A DNA stretch of 64,000 nucleotides, from NCBI RefSeq assembly GCF_020745735.1, contig NC_083409.1, positions 12,585,259 through 12,649,258 on the forward strand, written 5' to 3'. The notes beneath the pieces were generated by a model, which saw nothing but the letters and a program-made list of their open reading frames with translations, did no database searches and was not told where the DNA came from. The position numbers and the translations under genes were made by a program. Position 1 is the stretch's first letter; each line of letters starts with the position of its first letter. The DNA is from Hemiscyllium ocellatum (Eukaryota). Below are positions 59,650 to 64,000 of this stretch, one piece after another.

Positions 59650-62500
59650 TCAACCAATTTCGGTATGGCAGTATTTTAGCCTCAGTTCTGTGGATTTCTA
59701 ACTGAGTTGACAGTTTCTTACATGGGATTTTATCAAATGCCTTTTGGAAGTCCCCATAAACAACATCCATTGACATTACTATGTCCAGTAATTTTGTTTC
59801 CTCTTAAAAAATGTTCAATGAGATTTTTCACCATGACCAACTTGTCATGAATCTATGCTGATTCTCCCTGATTAACTAACCATTTTCAAGGTCATCAGTT
59901 ACCCCCATCCTTGATTATAGACTCCAACAATTTCCACACCACAAACGTTGGCTTAGTAACCCTGGCTTTTCTCTAACATCCTTGTTAAATGTGAAATGAA
60001 ATTTGCAATTTTCCAGTTCAGAGGTACAACTCCTGAATCCAGGTAACTCTGAAAGATTATAGTCAGGATATCTGCAATGTGGTCTATTATTACTTTATCA
60101 CCCTCAGGTCCTGAGGATTTGTCACTCTTTAGTTCCATTATTCTCCTTATTACACATGCTATATTGACATTAACTTTATTCAGGTGTCACAGTAGTTAGC
60201 AATGCTGCCTCACAGCACCAGAGTCCCAGGTTCAATTCCAGCCTTGGGCAATTGCCTGTGTGGAGTTTGCACATTGTCTGCATGGGTTTCCTCCTACTAT
60301 CCAAAGGTCAGGTGAATTGGCCATACTAAATTGCCCATAATGTTAATTGCATTAGTCAGAGGGAAAATGGGTCTGGGTGGGTTACTCTTCGGAGGGTCGG
60401 TGTGGACTGGTTGGGCCAAAAGGCATGTTTGCACACTGCAGGGAATTTTATCAGTCCCTGACACAGATCCTCTGTTAATTCCTTTTGGACTTCAGGCAAG
60501 TCCTCTTCCTTTTCTACTGCAAATCTTGAGGTAAAGTATTTATTTAACATGTCTGTCATTTCCCCATTGTCACTGACAATATCCCTCACTTTCAGTCTTT
60601 CATGGCCAACATTGCTCCTGACCTCCCAGCTTCCCTTTTATGGAACTGTAACATTTCTCCTGATTGATTTTGTTATCCCTTACATGTTTCCTTTCAGAAT
60701 CCCTTTTGGTAGCTCTTAGAAGCTGATATGGGGCCCTTTTGTATCCTTATCCTTCCCATTCAGCGGAATTTGTCCTTATTTTTTGCTTTTCTGTCAGCCT
60801 TTTTCAAACATTTTATTCTTTCCCTGATCTCTTTAATTGAGCATTGTTGTTTGTTCGCTTTTCCCTCTCAGGTATAAAGTGACTTTGTTTTGTGTTGAAT
60901 GTTCCTTTAAATATTCCCCACTGTTCTTCAGTTGTTTTACCCATGAGCAGATTTTCCAAGTTTACTGTGGACAGTCTCTGTCACATCTCATTAAAGTCGA
61001 CCCTTACCTTAATCTCAAATTCTAGCAGCTGATTCATGCTTTTTACTTTCAAATGCGAGACTGAACTCGATCATGTTATGATCACTATTTGATAATTGTT
61101 CATGCACAAATAGTTACGAACTAAATCTGGCTCATTATTCATTACTAATTCCAATATTGCTTGTCCCCTTGTTGTATCCAGGACCTATTGCTGTTGGAAA
61201 CTATTCTGGACACACAGCAGCAATTCACTACCTTTCTGACAGAGGGCTTGTCTGTCTCCCAATCTAAGTTAAAGTTAAACTTCCCCATTAATAATACACT
61301 GGCTTTGCTACACACTTGTCTAGTTCCTCCATTTATATAATCCAGCACCTCAGAGCTGCTGTCAGGGGGGTCTGTATCCAACATCTACTACAGTTTTAGA
61401 TCCTTTCCTGCTCCTCAGTCCCACTGAATGTTTTCTCCTCATTATGACCTCCCTCACCATTGAAGCCATTTTTTCCCTCATCAATGAAGCTGCTCCACCT
61501 CTTCTGCCATTTCCCTATATCCATCCTGTGAACCTTCTAACCCGATAGATATCGTTCCCAATCTGAATGATTCTGCAACTATGGCTCAGTAATTGATCCG
61601 ATACCACAATCTTAAATTTGAATTTGTGCCTGCAGATTATTGTATTTATTCCTTACACTCCGTGCATTCGTATATAGAACTCGTATTTGGTCCATTCACT
61701 GGAATCTGTTCCTCAGCACTGATGCTGTATTCACCTCTTTCTTATTTCTCTCCATCTGTCTAATCAATATCCTTCTGATAGCTTTCCTGATATTGTCCAA
61801 ATAGGACCTTTTGCCGATTTTTGTTGATGTTGTTGGTCCCAACACATACAACAACAACTGGATCCTCAACACCGTGTCCTCCCCCAACCCCCCGCACCCC
61901 CCCCCCCACGCCCCCCCATGTCTGTTATACTTAAAAGCCCAGCTCGAGATGCCCTTACCTTGAAACCAGGCAGGAAACACACCATGTGGGGCTCTCAATC
62001 CTGCTCACAAAGGATGCTATCAGTTCCCCTCATTATCAAGACCCCTCTTTTCTTTATGCTCCCCCAATCTGAGTGGTCTCCTGGACCATGGTGCAGTGGT
62101 TTCCTTCGTTCATTCATAGGAAATGGACATCTCTGGCCAAGCCAGCAATGACTGCCCGTAGGAGTCATCGAATCATAGAATCCATACCGTGTGAAACAGG
62201 CCATTCAGACCAATCCAGGCTGCATCGGCCTGTTCACTTTTGGTCACACCCTCCTGTCCCTGACCACTGGCCATAATTTGAAGTATTTAACCTACAAGGT
62301 GTGACTGTCTCCCCAAACACAGTGTCCAGGTAACTCTCCCCCTCCCTGATGTGTCGCAGTGTTTGAAGCTCAGATTCCAGCTCATCAACTCTGAGCTGGA
62401 GTGCCTTGAGCAACCAACACTTGCTGTAGATGTGGTCACTCTGAGCTACAATGGGCTCCACCACCTTCCCCATCGTGCAATTACTACACATCGCCCGGCC
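59650..62500 (-). mobile_element. Old degenerate CR1 (RT, endonuclease and ORF1 zinc-finger/coiled-coil remnants)
   Basis: ORFs 59953-60138 (DKSSGP), 61145-61384 (MGKFNF.LDW) and 62234-62491 (C..C.M...C/Y.KC.LL..LQLRV.ELE.EL.TLRHIREGESYLD). Confidence 0.75.
60180..60445 (+). mobile_element. HE1-type SINE
   Basis: gttagcaatgctgcctcacagc...ggttcaattcc...gtttgcacatt...ggtctgggtgggttactcttcggagggtcggtgtggac. Confidence 0.9.
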
Positions 62501-62924
62501 CTGTATGTGGGAATTATTTGAGGAGATTTTAATTTATATTTTAAAATTTGCTGCTGGTCTTTAGTTTTTAATCTGTAAAATATTTCCGTCCAGGAGACAG
62601 AGAGGTGCCAGCACAGGAGGAGGCTGTTCAGCTCCTCGTGTCAATGCTAGCTGTTTACGAGCCTCAATGACAATGAACATCTCCATTGAATGTCTGTTGT
62701 CAGGAAGTGATTGAGTCTGTTTTTAGAGACAGAATAACGGAATAATATGAACTGGTCCGAGAGAATCAGCATGGATTGACAAAGGTTCAGACATCTTTAA
62801 CTAACCGGGTTACACTTTGCTAGGAGCTCACTAATGTGGGATATAAGGGAATGTCGATGGCTATTGTCAATAGGGAATTCCAAAAGACATTTAAGAATGT
62901 TCCACAAAAGAAACATTGATTCAG

Positions 62925-63065
62925 ATCTTACACTCCACAACCATCTGATGAAGGACCAGCGCTCCAAACGCTAATGCTTCCAAACAAACCTGTTGCATTA
63001 GAAGCTGGTGTTCTGTGATTTTTAACATTTACACGACAGTCCAACACCGGCATCTCCAAATCATG
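62925..63065 (+). mobile_element. Degenerate Penelope terminal-repeat fragment (same family as 17201-17411)
   Basis: ctgatgaaggaccagcgctcc...gatttttaac...cagtccaacaccggcatctccaaatcatg. Confidence 0.75.
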
Positions 63066-63099
63066 GAATTGGATGGAATTTGAGAAATGCATTTGCCTT

Positions 63100-64000
63100 G
63101 GGTCAGGAATGGGTCTGTCTAGGAGACAGAGAGGAAGGATAATGTGCATGTGTTCCAATGAGCCAGATGTGAGTAGTGGTATTCCCAGGGATCTGTGCTG
63201 GGACCTCAGCTTTTCACGATATTTCTCAATGACTTGGATGAAGAAACAGAGGGCCATATATCCAAGATTATTGATCACACTGAGTGAGGCAGCTTGGAGG
63301 AGGTCACAGAGATAGGGAGGGTGGAAGAACAGGGAGCAGATTGAGAACAAGGATGAGAATTTGAAAATCGAGGTGTTGCTGGACCAGGAGCTTATGTCAG
63401 TCAGTGAGGATTGTGATGGTCATGGTGGGGTGGGGAGGCGTGGGCAGGGGTATGGGGTGGACTTGGTGTGAGTTTGAACACAGACAGCAGAGTTTGGGAT
63501 GAGCTGATGTTTAAGGAAGCCAGTGGCTGTGATGTGGGCCTGGACAACATTGGAATGGTCACAAAAACATGGTTGAGATTTTCAGTGGCTGATAATTGTG
63601 ATGTGTAGGATTTGGGCCTCAAATCAGCCCCAAAGATGAGGCCAAAGTTGTGAAGAGTCTGGTTGAGCAGCAGATAGTACTCAGGGAGAGGGATGGAGCT
63701 TGTATCAGGAGCTGAAGAGGATGGCTTTGATTCTGCCAATGTGTTTCCCAGTGAGCCTGGCTCCTCAGTCCTGACTGCTCTTAGCTGCTGTGATTGTCAC
63801 TGATTGGACACTTATTATTAGAGATTCTGACCACAGTAGAAAGCCCCAGTGTAAAAAATAATAATAAACGCAAAGACTGTCAGATCGTAAGGTTGAAACT
63901 TCACCAAGAGAGGAAGTGAAAGAAGGAGCTCGGAGCAGCTGGGTGTTTGTTACTGAGACGGGAGAAAACTGTAAACTGTCTGCACTCCCTGGAATCTGAC
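63100..64000 (+). repeat. Segmental duplicate, inverted copy of 38840-39725, running off the window end; carries CCAAT (63800-63807) and EICE (63912-63921)
   Basis: Colinear reverse-complement match to 38840-39725. Confidence 0.92.

Overview
Eukaryotic genomic DNA, not prokaryotic. It is almost certainly a cartilaginous fish (shark): HE1-type SINEs, HER1/CR1 LINEs, Penelope-like elements and a shark kappa (NS4-type) Ig light-chain V segment are all present. By eye, most of the window is degenerate, often nested retroelements, and most ORFs in the supplied track are fragments of them. The non-repeat content is: (1) a 37-codon minus-strand coding exon (25090-25200, too short for the ORF track) matching the N-terminal exon of the short RABGAP1L-type isoform; (2) about 8 kb upstream on the same strand, across a 500-N gap, an intact Ig kappa leader+V gene with octamer/TATA promoter and a perfect 12-RSS, followed by an apparently broken J-like remnant and no recognisable C exon; (3) a ~0.9 kb block with a PU.1/IRF composite site and CCAAT box, present twice in inverted orientation (38.8-39.7 kb and 63.1-64 kb). 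Fine-scale retroelement features include minimal hammerhead ribozyme motifs in Penelope terminal repeats, a TSD-flanked CR1+Penelope chimeric copy, and a Gmr1-like (INT-before-RT) Gypsy relic. Repeat boundaries are read by eye and are approximate (tens of bp). Family and gene assignments come from recalled motifs, not database searches.
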